DNA of 55,818 bases from Paracoccaceae bacterium (GCA_050289105.1 JBNKFC010000511.1:1-55818), one strand, 5' to 3'; shown: positions 28,801 through 40,852, numbered from the stretch's first letter. The notes: generated from the letters alone by a model not told the origin. Program-made: numbers and translations.

Positions 28801-29847
28801 ATGGAAACCCGCACCTGCCGCCTTCACGGCCAGCAAGACATCCGCATCGAGGCTGCATCCGTGCCTGATCCGGGCCCGAGCGAAGTCTTGGTTGCCATCG
28901 CGGCCGGCGGCATCTGTGGTTCGGATCTGCACTACTATCAGGACGGCGGGTTCGGCCCGATCCGCGTGCGAGAGCCGATCATCCTTGGCCACGAGGCGTC
29001 GGGAACCGTTCTCGCGGTCGGGAAGGACGCCAGGAACGTCGCCGCTGGTGACAGGGTCGCGATCAATCCCAGCCGCCCCTGTGGGACCTGTGAATATTGC
29101 CGGGCCGGTCAGCCGATCCATTGCCTCGCGATGCGCTTCAACGGCTCCGCCCTGCGCTTTCCGCATGAGCAGGGCCTGTTTCGCGACCGCATCGTCCTCG
29201 ATGCCTCGCAATGCATCCCCGTCCCGGCGGACACCCCGCTGGACGCGCTCGCCTGTGCCGAACCGCTGGCAGTCTGCCTGCATGCCCGCGCCAGGGCGGG
29301 CGATCTTGCCGGCAAACGCGTGCTCGTGACCGGGTCCGGCCCGATCGGCGCGCTTTGCGCAGGGCTTGCGGCCAAGGCCGGGGCGGCCGAGGTCGTGGTG
29401 ACCGACTTGCAGGACGTGCCGCTTGAAACCGCCCGCCGGATGGGCGCGACGCGCACGATCAACGTTGCGGTCGAACCGCAGGCGATGGAGCAATACGCGG
29501 CCGATAAGGGGTACTTCCACACCGTCTTCGAGTGCTCCGCAGCCGCGCCCGCGATCAAGTCCGCCATCGCGGCATTGCGCCCACGTGGCATGTTCGTACA
29601 GGTCGGTGTGGCTGGCGATGTGGCGGTGCCCCTCAACTGGATCGTCGGCAAGGAGATCACCTTCCAGGGAACGCACCGCTTCCACGAGGAGTTTGCCGAG
29701 GCCGTTGCCCTCATTTCCTCGCGCGGTTTTGACGTCCGACCGATCATCACCGGCAGCTATCCCCTTGCCGATGCGGTCGAAGCCTTCGCCGCCGCAGGCG
29801 ACCGATCACGTAGCGTGAAAGTGCAACTCACCTTCGCAGGCATCTGA
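28801..29847 (+). CDS. Second L-idonate 5-dehydrogenase-like Zn dehydrogenase
   Basis: GGICGSDLHYY.DGGFG, ILGHE; clear paralogue of 4584..5615. Confidence 0.85.
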   Translation: METRTCRLHGQQDIRIEAASVPDPGPSEVLVAIAAGGICGSDLHYYQDGGFGPIRVREPIILGHEASGTVLAVGKDARNVAAGDRVAINPSRPCGTCEYCRAGQPIHCLAMRFNGSALRFPHEQGLFRDRIVLDASQCIPVPADTPLDALACAEPLAVCLHARARAGDLAGKRVLVTGSGPIGALCAGLAAKAGAAEVVVTDLQDVPLETARRMGATRTINVAVEPQAMEQYAADKGYFHTVFECSAAAPAIKSAIAALRPRGMFVQVGVAGDVAVPLNWIVGKEITFQGTHRFHEEFAEAVALISSRGFDVRPIITGSYPLADAVEAFAAAGDRSRSVKVQLTFAGI

Positions 29848-29862
29848 GCGCGAGGATCGTCG

Positions 29863-30921
29863 ATGAACCACTACTCATTCGCCCGGGATGACCTGAAGTC
29901 GCTCGCTTTGAACCTGCTCGTGCGGGGCGGGCTGGAACAGACGAAGGCCGAGGTCGTGGCCGAACTCCTGATCCAGACGGACGAGATCGGCGTCACGACG
30001 CACGGGATTTCGATGGTGCCGTACTACCTGCCGGAATTGAAATCCGGAAACATGACGTCGGACAGCACCTATGAGGTCGTGCGCGACAACAAGGTGACGA
30101 TGGTCTGGGACGGCAACTACCTGCCCGGGCACTGGCTGATGACAAGGGCGCTTGAAACCTGCATGGAGCGCGCGGCGGCATACGGTATTGCCGCCTTGGC
30201 GATCCGTCGCAGCCACCATATTGGCTGCCTGTCCACGCTCACTCGGATCGCAGCCGAAAAGGGTCTCGTCTGCTATATCGCGACGTCGGACCCATCCGGC
30301 AGATGGGTCGCGCCCTATGGCGGGACCGAGCCCACACTCACGCCCAATCCCTGGGCCGTGGGCTACCCGGCGAAGGAGCACCCCGTTCTGATCGACACCT
30401 GCGCCTCGATCACCACCGTCTCCAAGGTCCGCGAGCACATCAACAGCGGCACAGAGTTCGCCAATCCCTGGATGCTCGATGCGAATGGCAATGCTACGAC
30501 GAATCCGAATGTCGTGAATGAAGAGCCGCGCGGCACCATCTTGCCGGTCGGCGGCATGGATCACGGGCACAAGGGCTATGGTATGGCGCTCATGATCGAG
30601 ATGCTGACACAGGCACTCTCGGGGCATGGTCGCGCCAAGGGGCCGACCAGGTGGGGCGCCAATGTCTTCCTGCAGGTTATGGACCCCGATGCCTTTGGCG
30701 GCGCGGAGGCTTTCGTCGAGGAAGTCTCCTTCCTCAACGACCAATGCCGTGCCAACCGTCCGGCAAAGGGCGTTGACAAGGTCAGGGTTCCCGGCGACCG
30801 CGCATATGACAACATCGCCAAGACCAAAGCGTCGGCCGTGAGCCTGCCTGCAGAAGTGTGGGCGCGCGTCTCGGCGTGTGCGGAGGACCTTGCGGTAGCT
30901 CTGCCCCGGGCAACAGTTTGA
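29863..30921 (+). CDS. Ldh_2-family oxidoreductase (AllD/YiaK/ComC-like)
   Basis: THG, SHHIG, VAPYGG and GHKGYG motifs. Confidence 0.88.
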   Translation: MNHYSFARDDLKSLALNLLVRGGLEQTKAEVVAELLIQTDEIGVTTHGISMVPYYLPELKSGNMTSDSTYEVVRDNKVTMVWDGNYLPGHWLMTRALETCMERAAAYGIAALAIRRSHHIGCLSTLTRIAAEKGLVCYIATSDPSGRWVAPYGGTEPTLTPNPWAVGYPAKEHPVLIDTCASITTVSKVREHINSGTEFANPWMLDANGNATTNPNVVNEEPRGTILPVGGMDHGHKGYGMALMIEMLTQALSGHGRAKGPTRWGANVFLQVMDPDAFGGAEAFVEEVSFLNDQCRANRPAKGVDKVRVPGDRAYDNIAKTKASAVSLPAEVWARVSACAEDLAVALPRATV

Positions 30922-31181
30922 CGGCCTTGTGACGAGAACTGGTCCGGTGGGTACCCGCCGTCTGATCCGGGTCAACGCGAGGTCAGTCCATTCTGGGACA
31001 TGAAGTCGGCGAGAGTCTGATACAAGCCGCACGAGTTCTCATGGGGATGGGATCGAAATGAGAGAACTGCAGTGATACGTCTTGTTGGGCCTACCGTATC
31101 TGAGCCATAGTAAATTAACGTGCATTCTTCGGGTTCGGCGCCGCCGGCGCCGGTCCCTCTCAAGCGTAGGGAACTGACGGG

Positions 31182-31793
31182 TTGACCAAGTTCGACTACA
31201 TAGACGACCAGCTTCTGAAGATCGGTGAGATCGCCACGGAAGGCTATTTCCTCGCGCTGCGGATCCGCGGCTCTTCACCGCTCATGTCGTTTCACACTTA
31301 TCCTCAAGCCTGGATCGACGAATATACCGAGAACGCCTATGTGCTGCGCGATCCGATCACGACTTGGGGCATGACGTTCGGCGGAACCATCCGCTGGAGT
31401 TCGCCCCTCTTGCCCGACCCGTTCCGCATCTTTCAGAAGGCCGCGAAGCACGGTCTGAATTTTGGCGCCTCGGTCGCCCATGGGCCGGTCGGAAATCTCA
31501 CCATCTGTTCCTTCAGCCGGTCGGATCGGGAATTCACCGACGACGAGATCAAGCGCGTGAAGGAAATAGTGCTCGATCTGCATGAACGGACGGCTCCGCC
31601 CAAGGCACTTGCCGATGAGCAGAAGGACCTGCTGAACGCCCTTGCCAAAGGCGTCGGGACATCCGAGGTGGCGGCGACGCTCGGCATGTCGGCCGGAGCG
31701 GCCGAACGCGCGATCAAGCAACTCTGCAGCGATCTGACGGTGCGGACGCCGCAGGAGGCGGTTCAGCGCGCCAGAGACCTTCGGCTTTTTTGA
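31182..31793 (+). CDS. LuxR-family solo regulator (autoinducer-binding domain + HTH)
   Basis: YP.AW..EY....Y...DP...W and HGL..G ligand-domain pattern, plus a C-terminal LuxR HTH. TTG start. Confidence 0.82.
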   Translation: MTKFDYIDDQLLKIGEIATEGYFLALRIRGSSPLMSFHTYPQAWIDEYTENAYVLRDPITTWGMTFGGTIRWSSPLLPDPFRIFQKAAKHGLNFGASVAHGPVGNLTICSFSRSDREFTDDEIKRVKEIVLDLHERTAPPKALADEQKDLLNALAKGVGTSEVAATLGMSAGAAERAIKQLCSDLTVRTPQEAVQRARDLRLF

Positions 31794-31901
31794 GCGCGAG
31801 TTCGTCCCTGCTGCGCTCAACGCTCTCCACCAAACCTCGGCTAGTCCACCCCGCCCAACCTCATTTCGAACGGCATCGGAACGCGGGCCTGTGAGCCCAT
31901 G

Positions 31902-33236
31902 TCACACGGCGGCAAGCAGGTCGGAAAAGAGCGTTGGCAGACGTCCGGACCTGTCGCCCGCAGCACCAAGGGAAAGGATCGAGGCTTCCAGCCTTTCGCA
32001 GCGTGCGCGGCCCAATACCGGATCTGCGAGACCGTGAAACTTGGCCACGATCTCATCGCTCGGAAGCGGTGCTTCCGGGTCGCCGCGCGCTTCGGTCACG
32101 CCGGACGCCAACCGGCGACCATCCTTCAGCACCAGCGTGACCTCGGCGAGCCGGCGCGCCGGGAAGGCGGCGTTGAACTCCGCGCGTTCGGTGAAGATCA
32201 TTCCTTCCGACAGGCGAAGGATCTCGGGATCGGCAAAGGCCGCGTCTGAGACCTCCTCGGTCCCGACGCAACCACGCACCAGTCCGGCAGCGGTCGGGAA
32301 TGACGTGGAATACTGCGCCTCTTCCGTCGTCTTCGGCCGCCGGCAAGCAAGCCGGGCGGATTCGTGGAATGTCTCGACCTCGATGCGCTCCACCTGTTCG
32401 GACGACAGCCCATGTGCCGCGCGCAGGTTCAGGGCGGCCTGCAGGGGCGGCTGGGCCCAGCGGCAGACCGGGAAGCATTTCACATATTGCTCCATGACCC
32501 GCCAGGTGCTTCCGAGATCCGACCAGAGATCGGCGACCTCCGGTCCTTCGACCGTGATCGCAGGCGCTCCAGTAAACCCCGACGCCGCGAGATAGGCCGC
32601 AGAAACACCCGCCATGGCGCCCCAGCCGGAACCGTCCTTGACCATCGTCGGATCGTCGATGCAGCGCATCATCTGGCTGCGTGGCCCGTGGTATTCGGCG
32701 ATCCCGACCGCTTCGCGCATCGTGGGCGCATCGAGGCCGAGCACCCGCGCCCCGAGCGCCGCGACCGCAACAGCGACCCAGGCGCCCGAGGTGTGATAGT
32801 CGCAGGCCGTCCGGTGCAACGCGATGCCGGCGCGCGTCGCGACCTCGTAGCCGATCACCAGCGCAGTCAGGAACTCCCGATCATCGCCGCGACCCTCGGC
32901 ATCGAAATAGGCCATGAGCGACGGCAAAACGCCACAGCCAGCATGGCCCTTGGTGAGCTTGTGACCATCATGGGCATCCATCGCATCGATCGTGATGCCG
33001 CCGGCCAACGCCGCCCCCGCCGGGCTGACGGGGCGCCCGTCGAACATCAGCCGAGTCCGACGTTTCCCGGGGCCAAACATCTCGGCGGCATGATCCCGGA
33101 TGATCCGCGACATATCCGTCGTGCTGCCAGCCGCCGCGACACCGACAAGGTCGAGGAGCAGAAGGCGCGTGCGGTCCAGGACCGGTTCGGGGATGTCTTC
33201 GAGCTGGAGGCCGTGCAGAAAGTCATTGAAGGTCAT
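31902..33236 (-). CDS. MmgE/PrpD-family protein
   Basis: D.HDGH...GH.G, GYEV, YVKCFPVCRW, EAQYS and RGDPE motifs. Confidence 0.88.
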   Translation of the reverse strand: MTFNDFLHGLQLEDIPEPVLDRTRLLLLDLVGVAAAGSTTDMSRIIRDHAAEMFGPGKRRTRLMFDGRPVSPAGAALAGGITIDAMDAHDGHKLTKGHAGCGVLPSLMAYFDAEGRGDDREFLTALVIGYEVATRAGIALHRTACDYHTSGAWVAVAVAALGARVLGLDAPTMREAVGIAEYHGPRSQMMRCIDDPTMVKDGSGWGAMAGVSAAYLAASGFTGAPAITVEGPEVADLWSDLGSTWRVMEQYVKCFPVCRWAQPPLQAALNLRAAHGLSSEQVERIEVETFHESARLACRRPKTTEEAQYSTSFPTAAGLVRGCVGTEEVSDAAFADPEILRLSEGMIFTERAEFNAAFPARRLAEVTLVLKDGRRLASGVTEARGDPEAPLPSDEIVAKFHGLADPVLGRARCERLEASILSLGAAGDRSGRLPTLFSDLLAAV

Positions 33237-33520
33237 TGCTCTCTCCAAACTGCGACACTCTTGCCAGCGCACGTTGAATAAGGCGCAGCGCCCATCAAAC
33301 AGCGACGCGGCATCACGCCGAATAACACCCAACGGGGCGGAGCCGCCGGTTTGGCGATGTCAGGCGCGAGCGATGGGGCCAAGGCAGATACTGCATTCGT
33401 GCGACTGTCTTCGGATAGGGAATCAATAGCGTTGCCGGCGCGCAAAGACCTGCGGAAAACGACAAGCTTGTGCGGCTCTGAACCGACGGGGTGGTTTTTG
33501 TCTAACACCGCCCTCGCGCA

Positions 33521-34507
33521 TTAACCGGCCTGGGCAAACCGGTCGGGATTGGCCTGCCGTATCAAGTCACTCGCGACGGGCGACATCGCGGTCCAAGGTC
33601 CGTCGACCAGGCGCTGGAAGACCCGGATCAACCGGTCCGCCGCATTCTGGGCAAGAACCGGCGCCTCGTCCTTGCGGTTCAGCATGTAGAAGGCTCTGAC
33701 CTGGTCTTCGCGGCAACGATGGACATCGATTTCGCGAAGCGCGGCTGGTGATTGGAACAGGCAAAAAGCAGACGTGATGGCCCAGCCGTAGCCAGCCTCG
33801 ACGAACCGCAGCAGGCTCTGGCTCGAATCGAAACTGAACCGGGGCCGCGCGACGGCGCCGAGCTCTTGGGCGATGGCCGAAGTCATCGCCCCGAACTTGG
33901 AATTCCGCCCATACGCGACCTGGTGTTCCAGTGTGACGAAGTCTTCCGGCGTCCGGTCCCGCAGGCGTCTCGGACTGACGAGAACGTAGGGATCCTTGAA
34001 CAGGGGCGTGGCGTCGGCACGGGTCGCAGGGTCGAAGGGCGGGCTGTCCACGGCCAGATCGAATTGCCGCGCGCGAAACGCCTCCTCGATCCAGGGCGAT
34101 ATCCCCGAGCGCAGCTCGATCGACTGGGCAAGGCTTCCTGACGCCGACAGAAACTCCGCGCCGATGATGCAGGACAGGCTGTCAGGCATGACGATCCGCA
34201 AAACTTGGCGCCGCGCTCCATCCTTCGAGCGCACGCGCTCCATCAGTGTTTCGAGCTGCTCGATCAACGCAGGAAGCTCCTGCGCAAGCGCTTCGCCGGC
34301 GGCCGTGAGCGTCAACGGACGTGATGTGCGATGGACAAGCTGCTGGCCGAGATGCGCCTCAAGCCGCTGCAACTGCTGCGTGACGGCCGGTTGCGAAAGA
34401 CCGAGCACCGTCCCCGCGGCCGACATACTCTGCGCCCCCGCGATGGCGAGGAAACTGCGCATTAGCGCCAAATCGGGAAGCGGGGCACGCGTCACACTAT
34501 TCGACAT
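33521..34507 (-). CDS. LysR-family regulator
   Basis: SMSAAG..LGLSQPAVTQQLQRLE HTH. Start could be 34519. Confidence 0.9.
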   Translation of the reverse strand: MSNSVTRAPLPDLALMRSFLAIAGAQSMSAAGTVLGLSQPAVTQQLQRLEAHLGQQLVHRTSRPLTLTAAGEALAQELPALIEQLETLMERVRSKDGARRQVLRIVMPDSLSCIIGAEFLSASGSLAQSIELRSGISPWIEEAFRARQFDLAVDSPPFDPATRADATPLFKDPYVLVSPRRLRDRTPEDFVTLEHQVAYGRNSKFGAMTSAIAQELGAVARPRFSFDSSQSLLRFVEAGYGWAITSAFCLFQSPAALREIDVHRCREDQVRAFYMLNRKDEAPVLAQNAADRLIRVFQRLVDGPWTAMSPVASDLIRQANPDRFAQAG

Positions 34508-34609
34508 GATTATGCTCATTATTGGCCAAGCCAATTATATAGAGCGTGCTGGATTTCAAAGCAAAGCCGTCCGATACCGTTCTTCAGTCTCAAAATGCGG
34601 GAGCTTGCG

Positions 34610-37030
34610 ATGAAGACGCATGCACAGGCGGTCGTGATCGGTGGTGGCTTGGTCGGCTGTTCCATTCTCTATCATCTCGCCAAGCTCGGCTGGACGGACG
34701 TGGTGCTTCTTGAACGGGACGAGCTGACCTCGGGCTCCACCTGGCACGCGGCGGCGAACATCCACGGCCTGCATGACAACAACAACATCTCGAAGATCCA
34801 GTACTACACGATGAAGCTCTACAAGGAGCTTGAGGCCGAGACGGGTCAGGGCTGCGGCGTGTTCCAGCCGGGATCGCTCTACCTCGCGCAGACCGAGGCG
34901 CGCGAGCACCAGTTGCGGCTTCAGGAGGCCAAGGCGCGCTACTTCAAGGCGGACTTCCACAACATCAGCCGCGACGAGGCCGAACGGCTGCATCCGCTGG
35001 TGGATTTCGACGGCATCCGCTGCATCATGTACGAACCCGACGGCGGCAACGTCGATCCGTCCGGCGTGACCCAGGCCTATGCCGCCGGCGCGCGCAAGCT
35101 CGGGGCCGAGATCCACCGCTTCACGCCCGTCACCGCGACGATCCCGCAGCCCGACGGGACCTGGATCGTGGAAACGCCGAACGGCACCATCCACACCGAA
35201 TGGGTGGTGAACGCGGCCGGTCTGTGGGGCCGCGAGGTGGCGCGGATGGCCGGAATCGAGCTGCCGCTCCAGCCGACCGAGCACCAGTATTTCGTGACCG
35301 AGACGATCCCCGAGATCGCCGCGATGGGTCGCCGCCTGCCCTCGGTCGCCGACCGCGACGGCGAATACTACCTGCGCCAGGAGGGCAACGGGCTTCTGGT
35401 CGGTGCCTATGAAAAGGACATGCGGTTCTGGGCCGAGGACGGCACGCCCCAAGGTTTCGGCCACGAGCTTTTCGCCGACGACCTTGAGCGGATCGAGGAA
35501 AACATGATGCGCGCCATCGCGCGGGTGCCGGCGGTCGGCACCGCGGGCATCAAGCGGGTCATCAACGGTCCGATGATCTGGTCGCCCGACAGCGCGGCGC
35601 TTTACGGGCCAGTGCCGGAACTCAGGAACTACTTCTGCTGCACCGGCATCATCCCCGGCTTCTCGCAGTCGGGCGGGCTCGGCCTGATGAGCGCCCAGTG
35701 GATCGTCCAAGGCGAACCGCAATACGACATGTTCGCCTGGGACCTCGCCCGCTTCGGCGACTGGGCCGACAAGGCCTTCACCAAGGCCCGCGTGCAGGAC
35801 CAGTACGCCAACCGCTTCAAGATCCACTTCCCCTACGAGGAGCGCGCCGCCGGCCGCCCCGTGCGCACCCGTCCGGCATATGAGATGCAGAAGGAGATGG
35901 GCGCGGTCTTCGGCCTCAACTACGGCTGGGAGCATCCCTTGTGGTTCGCGCCGAAGGGCGTGGAGCCGAAGGAGAGCTATGGCTTCACCCGCCAGCCCTG
36001 GTTCGACCATGTCGGCGCCGAGGCGAAGGCGCTGCGGGACGGCGTCGGAGTGATCGACATCTCGAACTTCGCGAAATACGAGATCAAGGGCGCAGGCGCG
36101 GGCGACTGGCTGGACCGGATCATCGCCAACCGGGTGCCGTCCGAGATCGGGCGGTCCTGCCTGACGCCGCTCATCGGCAAACGCGGCGGTATCGCAGGCG
36201 ACTTCACGGTGACGAAACTCGGCGAAGACCACTTCTTCATGGTGGGTTCTGGCATGGCCGAACGCTACCACAAGCGCTACTTCAACGAGGTGCCGCGCCC
36301 GGCCTCGGTGTCCTTTAACAGCCTCACGGTTGACCTCTGCGGCTTTAACGTCGCCGGTCCGAAGGCGCGGGACCTTCTGTCGCGCCTGACGCAGGACAAT
36401 CTGTCGAACCCGGCGTTCCCCTTCATGCGGTCGCGGCGGATTTCCGTCGCGGGCGTCCAAGTCATTGCGATCCGGGTGTCGTTCACAGGTGACCTCGGCT
36501 GGGAACTCTACGTGCAGGCGGCCGACCAGGTGAAGCTCTACTCCGCCCTGCTCACAAGCGGCCACGACCTAGGCGTTCGTCCCGTGGGCAGCCGCGCGCT
36601 CCTCTCGCTCAGGGTCGAGAAGGGCTACGGGTCCTGGGGCCGCGAATACAGCCCCGAATACTGGCCGCAGGAGGTTGGTCTCGACCGGCTGATCAAGATG
36701 GACAAGCCGGACTTCCTCGGCAAGGCGGCCTATGCCGCGCTGGCCGACCAGGCCCCGCGCGAGAAGCTCGTGATGATCGAGGTCGAGGCAGATATTGCCG
36801 ACGCTTCGGGTGGCGAGCCGATCTTCCTGCCCGACGGTTCGCCCGTGGGCCGGGTGAGCTCGGGCGCATACGGCTTCTCGGTCGGCAAGTCGCTGGCGCT
36901 TTGCTTCATCAAGACGCCGAGCGCGGTTGCGGGCACCGAAGTCTCTGTCGCCGTTCTGGGAAAACCGCACAAGGGCGTCATCCTTGCCGAGCCCGCATTC
37001 GACCCGAAAGGCGTAAGGCTGCGCGGTTGA
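34610..37030 (+). CDS. Dimethylglycine/sarcosine dehydrogenase-like protein (FAD oxidase + GcvT domains)
   Basis: IGGGLVG, ELTSGSTWHAA, RVSFTGDLGWE and LRVEKGY motifs; about 806 aa. Confidence 0.92.
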   Translation: MKTHAQAVVIGGGLVGCSILYHLAKLGWTDVVLLERDELTSGSTWHAAANIHGLHDNNNISKIQYYTMKLYKELEAETGQGCGVFQPGSLYLAQTEAREHQLRLQEAKARYFKADFHNISRDEAERLHPLVDFDGIRCIMYEPDGGNVDPSGVTQAYAAGARKLGAEIHRFTPVTATIPQPDGTWIVETPNGTIHTEWVVNAAGLWGREVARMAGIELPLQPTEHQYFVTETIPEIAAMGRRLPSVADRDGEYYLRQEGNGLLVGAYEKDMRFWAEDGTPQGFGHELFADDLERIEENMMRAIARVPAVGTAGIKRVINGPMIWSPDSAALYGPVPELRNYFCCTGIIPGFSQSGGLGLMSAQWIVQGEPQYDMFAWDLARFGDWADKAFTKARVQDQYANRFKIHFPYEERAAGRPVRTRPAYEMQKEMGAVFGLNYGWEHPLWFAPKGVEPKESYGFTRQPWFDHVGAEAKALRDGVGVIDISNFAKYEIKGAGAGDWLDRIIANRVPSEIGRSCLTPLIGKRGGIAGDFTVTKLGEDHFFMVGSGMAERYHKRYFNEVPRPASVSFNSLTVDLCGFNVAGPKARDLLSRLTQDNLSNPAFPFMRSRRISVAGVQVIAIRVSFTGDLGWELYVQAADQVKLYSALLTSGHDLGVRPVGSRALLSLRVEKGYGSWGREYSPEYWPQEVGLDRLIKMDKPDFLGKAAYAALADQAPREKLVMIEVEADIADASGGEPIFLPDGSPVGRVSSGAYGFSVGKSLALCFIKTPSAVAGTEVSVAVLGKPHKGVILAEPAFDPKGVRLRG

Positions 37031-37405
37031 CCATCGGGTCGGCGAACGCCTGAAGGTCGGCTGCGACGCGCCATCCGGGGCGAAGCCTGCCCGGGCGATT
37101 TCATCGCGCCCGTGCTCGCGACGCAGGAAGGGGTGGCGAATATGGGCGACAGCGACACCTTCGACCCCGACAGCCCTAACCGCGTGGCCTATGCGAAAAT
37201 CTGGGGTAAATGCGCCTCCTGAAATGGCGACCTCCGGCCGGCCGCGTATCCTGACACGCTCGCGTCTCCGGTTCCATGATGGGAAGACCGCAAGAGAGGC
37301 AGGTCCGAGCTTCGGGCGCAGATGGCCGGGGCAGGCACAATCCATCGCGGGCGGAGGCTTGCCGGAACACTCTTATTGCAGCGAAGTGAGTTTCACCTTC
37401 AGGAA

Positions 37406-37419
37406 TTGACGCCAATCAA
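37406..37419 (+). promoter_or_regulatory. FNR/FnrL/FixK-type box
   Basis: TTGAC-GCCA-ATCAA, with a -10-like TATAGATT at 37439-37446 in class II geometry. Confidence 0.7.
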
Positions 37420-37470
37420 ACCGCTTCCTCCCGGTCGGTATAGATTGAGTGCGGGTTTGGGAGGCGTCCT

Positions 37471-37698
37471 ATGGCATTCAACTCGGCCCTGGTGCCACTC
37501 ACCGCGACTTCAAACGCAAAGGCAACCGTCGCTCGGTCACGTAGGTTCGCCCGTGCCTGCGATTTGCATCTTGACGTGACATTCGCCTGCACTGGCCCCG
37601 ATCGAACAGGCCCCGAAAATGCGGCACAAGTGTTGGCCGATGCCTCCGGCGAGCAGAGTGGAGAGGCCGCCGAAACGGCACGGAGACCCGGCACGTGA
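37471..37698 (+). pseudogene. Truncated/degenerate universal stress protein-like ORF
   Basis: GGGAGG RBS; MAFNSALVPL...FARACDLHLDV...G.DRT resembles the N-terminus of Rhodobacteraceae USPs but is only 75 aa. Confidence 0.5.
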
Positions 37699-39634
<1,936 letters not shown>

Positions 39635-39638
<4 letters not shown>

Positions 39639-39922
39639 CCCGCGAGAATCACGAAAATCGGGCGGAGATGCAGGACGCGATACGGCGCCGGCAGTCTCGC
39701 CGCGAAGCGTGGGAGAAAGAAGGCGAGCGCCCCCTTTGGAAGAACCTCTCGATGGTCGGGGCACTTGGCTGGCTGGTCGTGGTCCCTACGCTGATCGGGG
39801 TCTTTCTCGGGCGCTGGCTGGACGGACGACTGGGCACGGGCGTGACCTTCAGCGGCGCGCTGACCTTTGTGGGGGCCTGCCTTGGTTTCTACCTGGCTTG
39901 GAAAAGGATGAACGAAGAATGA
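39635..39922 (+). CDS. atpQ: N-ATPase AtpQ (AtpI/AtpZ family)
   Basis: G.LGW.VVVP.L.G.FLGRWLD motif; operon position. Confidence 0.85.
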
Positions 39923-40179
39923 CACTGGCATCCGCTTTGCCGTGGTTCGGAGCCGGTCTGGCGCTCGGCGCGGTATACTTGTTTCTCATCGGTCGTTCTG
40001 TGGCGGCGATCTCGGATGGCAGGGCTTGGCGCGCCGCTGGCCCGCTCGTGTTGCGCCTGGCGGTCGCCAGCGCCGCGTTCCTGGTCGCGGCGCGGCATGG
40101 AGCCTTTCCTCCGCTCCTGATGCTTTGCGGTTTCGTCGTGATGCGAACCATCGCGCTGCGCCGGATCAGGGAGGGGTAA
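39919..40179 (+). CDS. atpR: N-ATPase AtpR subunit
   Basis: 86-aa hydrophobic protein with membrane Arg residues (LR, MR); ATGA coupling; diagnostic position. Confidence 0.8.
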   Translation: MTLASALPWFGAGLALGAVYLFLIGRSVAAISDGRAWRAAGPLVLRLAVASAAFLVAARHGAFPPLLMLCGFVVMRTIALRRIREG

Positions 40180-40183
40180 GCCG

Positions 40184-40852
40184 ATGGACGCGAGCCCCCT
40201 CTCCCTGGATATCCTGTTTCACATCGGCCCCGTCCCGATCAGCCGTGCGGTTATGACGACATGGGTAATCATGGCGGCACTTGCGGCTTTCCTGACGATG
40301 GCACTTCGTCAGCCGGCGCTGGACCCCGGCCCGATCCAGGCGGCCCTGGAGATCGTCGTAGTGACGATCGCGTCGCAGCTTCGTGAAATCCTTGGGCGCG
40401 ATCCTTGGCCCTTTCTGCCACTTCTCGGCTCGCTCTTCATCTTTCTCGTGCTGGCAAACCTCGCGGCAGTATTGCCCGGAGCGTCGCCGCCGACCGGACA
40501 TATCGAGACCCCCGCGGCACTGGCCCTGATCGTCTTTCTGTCGGTTCACATCTATGGCGTCCGGGCGCGCGGCGGCCGCAAGTACCTGCGTCACTACCTG
40601 GAGCCCAATCCGTTCCTGCTCCCACTGAACGTATTGTCGGAACTCACGCGGACTTTCTCGCTGATGGTCCGGCTTTTCGGCAACATGATGAGCCACGAAT
40701 TCGTCATCGCAATCGTCGTTTTCTTGGCCGGGCTGCTCGTGCCGATCCCCTTCCTTCTGCTCGGAATCCTGATCGGTATCATACAGGCCTACATCTTCAC
40801 AGTTCTTGCAACCGTCTACATCGCCGCGGCCGTGGGCGCCGTCGAGGCATGA
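40184..40852 (+). CDS. atpB: N-ATPase a subunit
   Basis: RTFSLMVRLFGNM and IQAYIF motifs. Confidence 0.95.
   Translation: MDASPLSLDILFHIGPVPISRAVMTTWVIMAALAAFLTMALRQPALDPGPIQAALEIVVVTIASQLREILGRDPWPFLPLLGSLFIFLVLANLAAVLPGASPPTGHIETPAALALIVFLSVHIYGVRARGGRKYLRHYLEPNPFLLPLNVLSELTRTFSLMVRLFGNMMSHEFVIAIVVFLAGLLVPIPFLLLGILIGIIQAYIFTVLATVYIAAAVGAVEA

Noticed and set aside
27133-29685. 850-aa minus-strand ORF, and similar long ORFs such as 34556..36565, 7257..8654 and 22542..23909
   Set aside because: Antisense shadows of well-supported genes in high-GC DNA, with no recognisable motifs.
37052-37222. Possible extra repeat half-site (GAAGGTCGGCT) and a short frame ending ...AYAKIWGKCAS*
   Set aside because: A single short match and an unrecognisable peptide; cannot be distinguished from chance.
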